From Octopus sinensis (taxonomy: Eukaryota), in assembly GCF_006345805.1 (NCBI RefSeq), contig NC_043003.1, positions 53,940,001-54,004,000 of the forward strand: a stretch of DNA of 64,000 bases, given 5' to 3'. The notes below the pieces were generated by a model that worked only from the letters and a program-made list of their open reading frames with translations, had not been told where the DNA came from and did not search any database. This document shows positions 53,290 to 64,000 of this stretch, one piece after another (within the stretch, counting starts at the first letter, position 1; each line of letters starts with the position of its first letter). The translations under genes and the position numbers were made by a program.

Positions 53290-53925
53290 GACCGGTTTAA
53301 CTTTTCTAGGCGTCCCCCAGCCGAACTCTCGGCCCTTCGATGTCTCCGACACCTTACTGACATCATCATAAAACTGACCGACAAGGGTGTAGCCGTGGTG
53401 GTGTGGCGCGCAGACCTCTGCAAGGCCGAAGCTCTCCGCCAGCTTCAAGACACTCCTTCTACTGCCCTATGCCCTCTGACTCCACACCCAGCTACCAACA
53501 GACTGTGTCCTCCACTATTCATGACCTCATTTCCTCCTCCAGTCTCCCCACCGCCTCCAACCTCGTTGTTCACACCCCTCGCACCTCCACGATTTGTTTC
53601 CTCATCAAAATCCACAAACCTAACAACCCTGGCCGCCCCATCGTCTACGCCTGCAACTGCCAAAAAAAAAAAATGGGTATGACCCTTCTGTCCGGCATTC
53701 GTCATGATAGATCGCTAGCCACTACACATTCTTTATTTTCTCTCCTTGTTTCTTTATTTTCTCTCTTTATGTTCTCTTCTTGTTTCTTTCTGTGTTCCTT
53801 TCTGTGGAAAAGCTTAGGTTCGAAACGTTAAAGACTTTTTCTCTTCTCGAGCATTATGCTAATACATCTGTTTGTTGTCTACACTACCTGTCTTCGTCTT
53901 TAGTTTTTTTTGTGAATTCTCCCTA
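53290..53925 (+). mobile_element. Penelope-like element fragment (RT N-terminal part joined to pLTR)
   Basis: DIIIKLTDKGVAVVVWRADL..EALRQL..PRTSTICFLIKIHKPNNPGRPIV corresponds to the PLE RT motifs (ADKG..V; LPKIHK...PGRPIVS). Flanked by TA tracts. Confidence 0.88.
53798..53833 (+). ncRNA. Minimal hammerhead-like motif, variant core
   Basis: CUUU-CUGUGGA-AAAGC UUAG GUUC-GAAAC-GUU^AAAG. The core deviates from CUGANGA. Confidence 0.45.
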
Positions 53926-53999
53926 TATATATATGAATATATTTGCGTGTATGTATAAGTATACGTTAATTAAAACATGTTTACAATAATAAGTGTCGC

Positions 54000-54655
54000 A
54001 TGGTGGAAATAAACGCCATTACCAAACTTTCATCGTAAATCCATTTATTAATTCGTTCTTTTGCACTTCAATTTGTACATTTCTACCCAAAAGTTTCAAC
54101 AACTGCACGCCAGAAAAAAATGGGGAAAAAAATTCCCAGAATTAAACTTAGCTCAAGTTTCCACTTCGACATGCATATTCAATGACAATTAATAAGGCTA
54201 AAGGGCAGACATCTGAAAAAGTTGGAATACATTTGCTTCAACCGGTATTTTTTCATGGCCAATTATGTCGCATTTTCAAGAGCCACATCTACGAACAATA
54301 TCAATGTAAGAGTTATGACACTCAATTGAGATAACAGACAAGACGAAAATCGTGGGGCAACATACACACAAAGTATAAGAACGATATATATATATATTTT
54401 TTAATAATATACTTTTCTAGGCCTGAAACTTTTGTGGGAAAGGGGTCAGTTGATTAGATCGACACCAGTACACAACTGGTATTTAATTTATCGACCCCGA
54501 AAGGACGAAAGGTAAAGCCGACCTCGGAAGAATTTGAACTCAGAACATAAACACAGACGGTCATAGTATGCAAATATTTCTCATGGCACCAGTACACTTT
54601 CTATAGATGCTTACATTTTTTATGTTTTCCCTGAATTTTTCACGGGTTCAGCTAG
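54000..54655 (+). mobile_element. Helitron 3' remnant: PIF1-family helicase C-terminus and CTAG end
   Basis: [49 protein letters not shown] matches helicase motifs V-VI. Ends CACGGGTTCAG CTAG|T at 54652-54656. Confidence 0.85.
54415..54560 (-). mobile_element. SINE family A, partial, nested in the Helitron remnant
   Basis: CTGGTATTTAATTTATCGACCCCGAAAGGACGAAAGG..GAATTTGAACTCAGAAC. Confidence 0.8.
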
Positions 54656-54774
54656 TAATCATAATTCTACGAAATATGTTATTGCAAGAAACCTATGAAA
54701 GCAATGATTATGGTTATACTTATAAAATACGGTTTATAAATGAATATTAACTTTTAGAAACCCATTTCTACTGA

Positions 54775-54813
<39 letters not shown>

Positions 54814-55731
54814 ATACGCACACGCCGTCACACACAGGGCGCACCACACGATTATACCTAGTAGCGTACAAATGAAACTTGTTGACTTGAAAAACAAAGT
54901 CATTAGTGAAAGCTATTTTGCCCTCTGAACATTTTTCAAAGAGAAGAAAATTTGCCCAAAGTTACACCTGTTGTTTCCGAGCGACGAACAGATATGAACA
55001 AACATTTTCATCAATGAAGCGGATTAGATGAAAAGCAAAAACAAAACAAAATATAGAAAAAAATTAAAACAAAAGCAGTAAATCGAGATAATGATTGACT
55101 GATTCCAATTTCAAGAATTCCCTGCTGGTCTCAGTAACTAATTTGATTCCTAACACTAATGCTAGGCGAAAGCAAAATTAACTCAAAAGTCTCATTAAAA
55201 TGGAGATTTTCTTTAGACTAAGTCATTATACTGTGTAAAAATGCTAAATATACGTAGCTATTATAACATATTTTATACAATAACTGAATGGAGTTGCAAG
55301 ACTGTATAGATCATCTGAACTCGTGCACGGAATATATACTAGTAAAGGAATGCACAGTAGGTACAAGTGTAAAACAAATCCAAATTGACGGCGTATGGCA
55401 AATGTCTGATAATTGGTATGTGTGTGTCTGTGTAGGTATGTGTGGCTGTATGCGTGTGTGTAGGTGTTTGTATACAACTAAGGTTTTCTAATACACATTG
55501 TGTTATGGATAAATTATTTAGTAAATATTCAATCACGCTGGCAACAAACGCACGATTAGCAAATTCACTGAGCCATTGCGGCTAGGTTCTTGGTTGTGAT
55601 TGAAATATTAGAGCAAAGAGTGGAGACTTGTCTTCTGCTGAGTGGGAACATGTCGAGGCAAACGCATTTACCTTTCTGTGTGTGTGCATAAGAAAGTATC
55701 AAGATGTTATCCACATTTATAATCCCATTAA

Positions 55732-55952
55732 TACGACGGGGTGCTTAAATGTTCCTGGCTTTAAGGGTAATGCGAAAGGCCTGGCTGGACGCCCAAATTT
55801 CTGAGTTCTTTTACAGGGCTTAGAAAAACTGAAGGACCGCTGCAATAAATGTGTGAATCTGTGAGGGAAATATATTGAATAAAATCATAATCAACTAACC
55901 CTCCTGTATTTTCTTTTACCCAAAGCTCGGAACTTTTCAGTATCCCCGCGTG
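55732..55952 (+). mobile_element. Mariner-derived internally deleted element (MITE)
   Basis: TIR-like ends ACGACGGGGTGCTTAAATGTTCCTGGCTTT and AAAGCTCGGAACTTTTCAGTATCCCCGCGT. The internal GLEKLKDRCNKCVNL*GKYIE* is a mariner C-terminus. Confidence 0.8.
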
Positions 55953-56077
55953 AAAGCTACAAAATAACTGAAATTTATAAATTTAACTTAGGTTTTCAAA
56001 TATACGTTGTGTTGTGCATAATATATACTCACAAGACACATACGTACATACATACGTACGTACATACATGTACGGGT

Positions 56078-58145
56078 GCATAGAAAGAACCTCATTTTCA
56101 ATGTGGCTGGACTACAAGGAGGCCTTTGTCTCTGTCCCCCACTCTTGGATGCTAAAAGACTTTTGACTTGCTAAGTTCCAGTGAGCATAATCAATGCTAT
56201 AGCTGACCTGATATCATCGTTGGCCACCATCTTGAAGTTAAATACAACGAGTGATTGTATTATCACTAATAGAATACAGTATCGCAGAGGTATATTTCAA
56301 GGGGATAGCCCCTCTATGATGTTTATACTCTCTGTAAACCCTTTGTCATTCATTTTAAGGAAGTGTGAATGATATCTCACTAGTTTACAAGGAAACAGAA
56401 ATACCAAAATTACACAGTGCTCCTTTGTGAATACTTGAAACTATATTAAAAGAATATGCATGGGATATAAAAGAGCCTTGACTTGGTTAAAACATTCTCA
56501 AAGGATATATATTTGGAGTTTGGTCAAGGTAAATGTTGCTATATGATCGCGAAAAGAGGGAAAGCGGTAAAAAAACAAAACAAACAACATCTCCATCAAT
56601 GACCTGACTGTTTCTCCTATATCTGTTACATATATATTGGGGCGGATGGAAACATATCATACGATGGTACCTGTAACGAGACACGTGTCACTAAAGAATA
56701 TTACAACCGAATAAAGAAAATATGGATCTCGAAACTCTCTGCATTCAATAAAACTGTGGCCCATAATGTGCTCGCAGTGCCAGTATTAATTTGGCTACTT
56801 GGTTGAACGTTTGATGAGATCTGAGCCATTGATGTGACAACTCGGAAGATACTAACCAACACGCATAATTTCCACATCAACAATGACGTAGACCGCCTCT
56901 ACTTTAAACGAGAACAAAAGAGCAAAGGCTTAAAATCAGTCCAAACTGCCTTTGGATGTCCTATCATAGCCCTTCGAGAGCATCTTCAACCACCAAGTGT
57001 CTAAGTGCATTCTTTGACCAAGTTTGCATACAAGAGGCTGATAATATCACGAGACTTGTCTGTTAACCTTAGACATATGCCCAAAGAAGTCGCACGACTC
57101 TACCGCAACGTATCATCAGATAAAAGGATGAGCGTATATGAGCAGAAGATCATGCATGCATATATCAGTAGAAACCTCCGAGGTGATAGCAACATTGATC
57201 ATCAAAACAGTCTATCATCGACCAACAACTGGATTACTAACTCCCACTTTGAAGGTTATGCGTTTGCAATTCAGGAACAAGAAATATTAACCAAATACAT
57301 GATGCACAAAAGGGACAGAAACACAGGAAAAGTAGCAAAATGTGATAACCGATGCAGACTTTGTGGAGTTACCGCCGAAGATATCACCCACATCATAAGC
57401 AGTTGTCCGAAAAAGTCATCACGGTATTATCTATCGATGAGAGATGATGTTGTAGCTAGGACACTCTATAATGAAATCAGTCGAAAGATAACACCGAGAC
57501 CAAAGAATATGCAATAGGATAGAATATGCAATATGATAGAAGCCACAGCCATTCATAATAAAAAGGGGTACTGAATATCCCAGTGAAAACCTCAATAAAA
57601 TGTAAGCATAATATACAAGATATAGTAATTTGGGATAAAGAAGAGAAACTGTACAGTTGTGGAAATCAGCTATCCAGCGGATATTAACATAAAGCTAAAA
57701 ATCAGTGAAAAAGAATACGCTAAACTATTGAGGAATCTACAGCTACTCTATCCAGATTACAAGTTCAGGTTTATACTTGTAATTATCGGGGCATTGGAAT
57801 ATGTCACACACAACCTAAATACCAATCTTGAGAAATTAGGCTTCTCAAAACCAGAATGGAGAAAGCTGATTCCAAGACTACAAATCCAAGTCATCACAGG
57901 AACTGTAAAAATCTGTAAAACTTTCCAGAAATTTATCATTTAAGTATATATGGGCATGTGTAGATATGCAAGTATATGCATAAGAATACACACATAAAAT
58001 AAAAATACAAATCTTCACATAGACATATATATATAAAACTCCCCTGTCGATGTTGTCGAAATTCCAATGGAGGAATCTTGGATCTAGGTTAGAAACCGGC
58101 TCTTTCTCTACTGGCTAGAAATCTTGAAATAAAACTAAATAATAA
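56078..58145 (+). mobile_element. RLE-type non-LTR retrotransposon (R4/Dong-like), 5'-truncated and decayed
   Basis: WLDYKEAFVSVPHSW; RRGIFQGDS; FEGYAFAIQEQEILTK; CRLCG..EDITHIISSC; R.D.VA; DIVIWDK..VVEISYP (PD-(D/E)xK endonuclease). Confidence 0.9.
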
Positions 58146-58699
58146 CATACATACATATCTGGTGGTTGTCTACAGGTCAGACGAGAATAACCGCAGCTGA
58201 CCGAGTGTCAGCAATGCCGGTGCAAGGACTTTAAGTCACGTGCGGGTTGCAGAACACGATAAACGACACACATTAGGAATACCAAGAAACCCAAGGATAA
58301 GCAAATACTTGAAAGCTCGTATATAGTATCAGAGGTGTGAAAGGACAAAGAAGTTGAATACCTAAGTTTTACATAAGAAAGTAAAATGTCGAATGTCTGT
58401 TGAGAAAATATCATGTTTCCAAAAATGTTTGGTAAGAGAGTTATATAATTTTAGCGACACCCAACAATAGCAATCGACAAAAGATGCTAATTTTTTTTTT
58501 TGTGCAAGCAAAATTGTTGAATCTTAATGGTTCCTCTTCCTCGCCTGCTGGAACAAAATGTACAATTGCAAATACAACCAATAACTTCTAGTAAAGCCAT
58601 TTCTGTTGAAGTAGTTTCTGCATCGTTGTTTCAGTCAACATTAGCACAACCAGCCAAAGGAACCGGCCTCAGGTTTACTTCTATTACTTAACGTAATCA

Positions 58700-59500
58700 T
58701 CCGATGAATTTTAATTTTCTCAAGCGAACATTAAGGTAATAGAAATGTTCTTTTCAATCAATTTGGTCCACTGCTTTTATTTCGTTCATTATACCCAAAC
58801 CTACGATCATGCCAATTTTTTCTTCTGTACCGGGTATAATGAAAATTCAAAATCACTGCATGCCAGAGGTAAAGAAAATGCATTGTTTACAGAAAGATTT
58901 GCAATTGGGGAAAATGCTTTGAAGAACACCGAGTCTCTGAATGTCATTGCTCTTCTATTGAACTGGAAGTGGTGATTCATAAATATAATAACGTCAGAGA
59001 GTTGTTGGATGAAACTGCAATAAAACATGCGCAAACAAATCGTAAATGCATAATAAAAAATATTGAGTGTTTGCATTTCCTTTGCCGACAAGGAATAGCC
59101 ATGCAAGGAAATGTTGAAGAATCATCAAAATTGTATAACCTAATACGACTTTTTCATGAGAGATTTACTTGGTAAAGTACGTACAAACAGTTTTTCAATT
59201 ATTGCTGGCGAAAATATCGAAATATCCAACAAAGCACAACTTACATTATGTGTTCGTTGGATTGATAAATGCTGGATGGCAAATGAAGAATTTTTGTGTT
59301 CTTTTTATTGCTTACTTGACATAATATCTTCAGCTATATTTTCTGTGTTATCATAGATGTGTGCACAAGTCTGCAACTACATTTACGTAACTGCAGAAGA
59401 GTATACTTTGACGGAGTAAGTAGATGCTAGGGAGTACTCAAGCGCTTGCATGAACTTCAGTCAAAGGCGTTCGTAACACAGTGTCAAGAAAAATATTTAA
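58700..59500 (+). mobile_element. hAT transposase remnant (ZMYM1-like/DUF4371 type)
   Basis: FVHYTQTYDHANFFFC (TTF zinc finger-like); IECLHFLCRQGIAMQG; FSIIAGE..ISNKAQLTLCVRWID..EEFL. Confidence 0.8.
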
Positions 59501-59612
59501 TGTCTGGTGGAACTAGAAAATACTATGTAAAACACTGCCTCACGTGATGACCAACAGTAAGATTCTCTCTACAGCTGTCTCCACACTAATGGTACCATAT
59601 CTCACACTGGTA

Positions 59613-59912
59613 TGGAGGCGCAATGGCCCAGTGGTTAGGGTAGCCAACTCGCGGTTGCGATTCCTAGACCGGGCGTTGTGCATGTTTATTGAGCAAAAAC
59701 ACCTAAAGTTCCACGAGGCTCCGGCAAGGGGTGGTGGCGACCTCTGTTGTACTCCTTCGCCCCAACTTTCTCTTACTCTTTCTTCTTGTTTCTTGAGTAA
59801 CGCTGCGATGGACTGGCGTCCCGTCCGGCTGGGGAGAACTCATACGCCATAGAAACCGGGAAACCGGGCCCATGAGCCTAGCTAGGCTCGGAAAAGGCGC
59901 ATAAATAAATAA
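59613..59912 (+). mobile_element. SINE family C, full length with TSD
   Basis: Head GGAGGCGCAATGGCCCAGTGGTTAGGG and (TAAA)n tail. ATCTYACACTGGT flanks both sides. Confidence 0.9.
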
Positions 59913-60685
59913 AATCTTACACTGGTTGGTTCATAATTTTGTTTATATCCTATACAATAATACAATTGAAATTCTTTTCTATTTCACAGAAGCTCTTTCT
60001 TGTTTCATAATAAAAAATATTTAATTCGGTATGTATTGTAAAGAATTCGTAAAGTGCAGTTGTAATTATTAAAAAAATATTTTTACTTAAAAAAAAAATC
60101 ACCGAGGAATGAAATTATCGGGAAAAAATAAGTATTCACTCAGTTGTTGATGAAAGCCAAGATGAAAACCAAGAATCTCGTGTGCCGCCTCACAATGTTT
60201 ATTTTCTTCTTTGTGATACATTTAGACAGACCAGTACTCGTACTCGCATGCAAACGATTTATCAAAGTCACAGCAAGTTGCTGGAATGTACAGAAGATGG
60301 TTGAAATTTCTATGGAAGTTTTGAATGACATAAAGAATTAATACTCATTTGATTGATCCCGAGAAAAATTGAATTGGGAATCGGGAAAGGTATTTCGCTT
60401 CACAAATGAAAGTCATGACAAATAATAGTCACTTTCTTCAGGTGAGCTTCAAGGTATATTCAAAGCAGGTGTCATTACTTCTTGTCATCTTATATTTGAT
60501 GTTCTTCTTTATCATACATTACAAAGATAAATCAATGGCTTTCAAACTTCATAGTCGAAGCGTAGCTACGTAATGCGTCGTGCATGAGGTTAGAAAATCA
60601 GTTGAATTTTTAGTGTTAATTACTTTTAAAAGCTTAAACCTGGAAATGCTTAATCATAGACGTTAGCAAAGGTTTGGATCATCTT

Positions 60686-60727
<42 letters not shown>

Positions 60728-60729
<2 letters not shown>

Positions 60730-60845
60730 AAATAAGGGTTTAGCAACAAGCTGCTTCACCACCTACCGAAAATTTAGAAATAGCAGCCAAAAGACAGCTA
60801 ATTCTTTTCACTACAATTTTAGGACTCCACAGACAATAATATTTG
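60728..60845 (-). mobile_element. Truncated end of a relative of the 600-bp HHR unit, in (TA)n
   Basis: AATAAGGGTTTAGCAACAAGCTGCTTCACCACCTACCGAAAATTTAGAAATAGCAGCCAAA aligns with 35829-35887. Confidence 0.8.
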
Positions 60846-60877
60846 TATATATATATATATATATACACGACAAACGT

Positions 60878-61122
60878 CACCCTTTTCAAGCCTAGCCAGG
60901 CTCATGGGCCCGGTTTCCCGGTTTCTGTGGCGTATGTGTTCCCCCCAGCTGGACGGGACGCCAGTCCATCGCAACGTTACTCAAGAGACAGGAAGAAAGA
61001 GTGAGGGAAACTTGGGGCGAAAGAGTACAACAGGGGTTGCCACCACCCCCTGCCGGAGCCTCGTGGACCTTTTAGGTGTTTTTGCTCAATAAACACCCAC
61101 AACACCCAGTCTGGGAATCGCA
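60878..61122 (-). mobile_element. SINE family C (head clipped)
   Basis: Homologous to 17577-17911. Confidence 0.85.
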
Positions 61123-61144
61123 ACGTTTGTGTATGTGTGTGTGT

Positions 61145-62860
61145 GAGGTCGCTCATGAGTTCTACTGGTAACATGTAATCCAGTACAACCTCTTGCATTG
61201 TCGGGTCGTCGGCGACTAAATTGGCAACCCTACCAGGCTTGTTTGGTGAAGGGGGTGTTTGTTGGAGACACTGCGGGACAAAAAATAAGATCCGTCAAAG
61301 GCGGAGGAACTCATAAACAGTCAACGGCCATTCAACAAATATTCGATACTGTTAATCGAAATGCTCTGTGGCTAATTCTAAGGAAAATAGGTTGCCCAAA
61401 ACAATTTGAAAACATGATCAGGGCTTTGCATCAAGAAGGCTAGAGTTAATCTTCGTGATAGGCTCTCTGAATCATTTGCCGTGAGAAATGGAGTACTCTC
61501 TTTGCAATATATTTTACTGTTGTGCTGTCACGCGCTTTTCTAAACTCCGACTAGGGTATTTACATAAAATATCGAACAACAGGGAATGTTTTTAATCTGA
61601 CCAGATTGAAATTCAAAACAAAGGTTTTTACTTCGCTCATTAGGGAACTCTTATACGCTGACCATTGCTATCTAGTCAGTCACTCTAAAACGGGTCTGCA
61701 ATCTCTTGTATCTGCATTTAACACAGCTTGTGATGATTTTGGCTTGACCATCAACATGAAAAAAATAGTTGTAATGTATCAACCTGCACGTGGTTCTCTT
61801 TGCAACCCCACCAAATAGTTTCGTTAAGGGTAAGTTACTCGAGGTTGTTGACTCTTTCATCTATCTTAGGACCTCTGTACAAAATGATTGAAATCTGGAC
61901 ACAGAAATACACCTGTGTATTCAAAAGGTGTACAAACATTTGGTGGTTTGGAATCGCGCATTTGGCGCCAACGACGTATAAATAACAACACAAAATTGGC
62001 TCTTTACAAATCATTTGTCTTACTATCCTTGTTGTATTCTTCTGAACCATGGACGTGTTATGAAAGACATTTCGGATTGTTAGAACGATTCCACTAAAAA
62101 TGCCTTCACCGCATTTTAAACATTAAATGGGGCTTTTTTACTCCAAACACAGATGTCTTTGCATCTGCAGGCATCACTTAAGTTAAATGAATGATTCTGA
62201 AAAACAAAATGAGATGGTTTGGCCATATTGCTCGAATGGCGGATAAATGCACACCCAAAAAGCTGTTGTATGGTGAGCTTGCAGAAGGGAAACGCAAGCG
62301 GTGTAAACCTAAAAAAGAGGTGTAAAGACGGCATAAGTACTACCATGAATGGATTTGAATGGATCCAAAGGCCATAGAAACTTTTGCTTCTGATTGAGCT
62401 GGGTGGCAAACAAAAATGTAGAGTAGAGTGAAAGTGTTTGAGGAGGCTTGGATAACACATGCAAGACTCAAGAGAGATTTAAAGAAGATTGATGCGACTA
62501 ACGAAAAGGGGCATCTCAGTGACCTTTTCATGTGCCCAGTTTGTGACAGACCATGCTTTTCTTTTACTGGGCTCAAATCTCACGAAAATCGATCCTCCAC
62601 CAACTATTCTGCTTATACATATAAGCTGTGCACACCTTTCAATGCCATGTATGTCGTAAGGGAGGCTTCAAAAGACATTTTAAGATCCATAAAGATCTGA
62701 ACTTAACTGCAGCTCGGATATGTCCAAATCGGATATGCAATCTATGTGGATGTCTTTTCAATTCATTGTCTGGTTTTAAAAGCCCCATCAGACGCCATGA
62801 TGGATCTAAGGTGTAAGTACAAGATGTGGTAAGATTCTGCATGAGGAGCAGACAACCAAC
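61145..62860 (+). mobile_element. RTE/BovB-clade LINE, internally deleted and decayed
   Basis: FDTVNRNALWLILRKIGCP; IRELLYADHC; TKLALYKSFVLLSLLYSSEPW; WFGHIARM..PKKLLYGEL; C-terminal C2H2-like fingers. Confidence 0.9.
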
Positions 62861-62861
62861 A

Positions 62862-62915
<54 letters not shown>

Positions 62916-62916
<1 letters not shown>

Positions 62917-63145
62917 TTTTGCTCTTTACTCTTTACTCTTTTACTTGTTTCAGTCATTTGACTGTGGTCATGCCACCTTTAGTCGAGCAAATCGACCCCA
63001 GGACTTATTCTTTGTAAGCCTAGTTCTTATACTATCGGTCTCTTTGGCCGAACCGCTACGTTATAGGGACATGAACACACCAGCATCGGTTGTCAAGCGA
63101 TGTTGGGGGGACAAACACAGACACACAAACAGATACACGCACACA

Positions 63146-63197
<52 letters not shown>

Positions 63198-63360
63198 CGA
63201 CGGGATTCTTTCTGTTTCCGTCTACCAAATCCACTCACAAAGCTTTGGTCGGCCCGAGGCCATAGTAGAAGGCACTTGCCCAGGGTGCCACGCAGTGGAC
63301 TGAACCCGGAATCATGTAGTTCGTAAGCAAGCTGCTTACCACACAACCACTCCTACGCCT
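62916..63360 (-). mobile_element. SINE family B
   Basis: Homologous to 19046-19498. Confidence 0.88.
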
Positions 63361-63382
63361 ATATATATAATATAAATATAAA

Positions 63383-63440
<58 letters not shown>

Positions 63441-63511
63441 ATATATATTAATAAAAGGAATTCCAACTTTGTCTGATTTTCACGTTTTATTTACAATATT
63501 ATAATGATACA

Positions 63512-63700
63512 CGTGTACACCGACAACAGATTAGAGACCCAGAGGGCCGTCAGATACCTTTGAGTAACCACCTAGTAACATGTGGTCGGAAAATATATAT
63601 AATATTTCCATTCTACAAATTACACAGCCGAAGTGAAATCGAGAGGAAAATCAGAGAAAAGAATTTTATTGATAAATTCGAACCCAAGCTAAATAAGTAA
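63512..63700 (+). mobile_element. Penelope-like GIY-YIG C-terminal fragment
   Basis: RVHRQQIRDPEGRQIPLSNHLVTCG..IFPFYKL..ERKIREKNFIDKFEPKLNK*, homologous to the 44040-44215 translation. Confidence 0.85.
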
Positions 63701-64000
63701 TAATAATAATACTTAGATAGCAGGAAAATTATCTTATTTAGGGTTAAAAGTTCTATTGCCACCACCATCATCATCACTAGCAACAATAATTAAGGTGCTG
63801 ACAATGATGATGATGACAATTGAAATATAAAAATATAAAAATCTCTGACAAAGGCTATTTACAACATTTCTAAAAATAGCCCAACAATTGCTGCCTCGGC
63901 CAGGGTTAAGATACAGGACTCTTGACATGTCCAACAAAGCGTGACGCCTAAACAAATCAGCTCAATCAACCAATCAGCTTAAGTAATTGAGTGATACTAC

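Noticed and set aside
58064-58105. Hairpin plus GAAACCGG in the R4-like 3' UTR resembling an HHR
   Set aside because: No CUGANGA core.
59613-59670. tRNA-like sequences at SINE heads
   Set aside because: No complete cloverleaf or acceptor stem; they continue into SINE bodies with TSDs, so they are not tRNA genes.

Overview
AT-rich, microsatellite-dense eukaryotic intergenic or intronic DNA. The SINE families and repeat landscape look like an octopus (cephalopod) genome; this is inferred from recalled repeat consensus sequences, not from a search. I found no intact host protein-coding exon, and almost all listed ORFs are translations of microsatellites or SINEs. The window holds ~25 tRNA-derived SINE copies of four families and decayed fragments of mariner/Tc1, pogo-like MITE, hAT, Helitron, R4-like, RTE and CR1 elements, plus four Penelope-like (PLE) RT or GIY-YIG fragments. 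The main unexplained signal is about 14 type-I hammerhead ribozyme (HHR) motifs, 12 of them between 31.9 and 44.9 kb. They sit in non-coding ~560-600 bp units that occur as near-identical tandem arrays and as inverted, circularly permuted copies inside (TA)n tracts. Several have unusually long stem II inserts and family-specific palindromic stem III loops, and two families share a co-varying hairpin and a TTTGRCTGCTATTTCTAA-like motif. Together this suggests a retrozyme-like, non-autonomous PLE-dependent system. A 305-bp tandem duplication also preserves both the filled and the empty site of a Helitron insertion.
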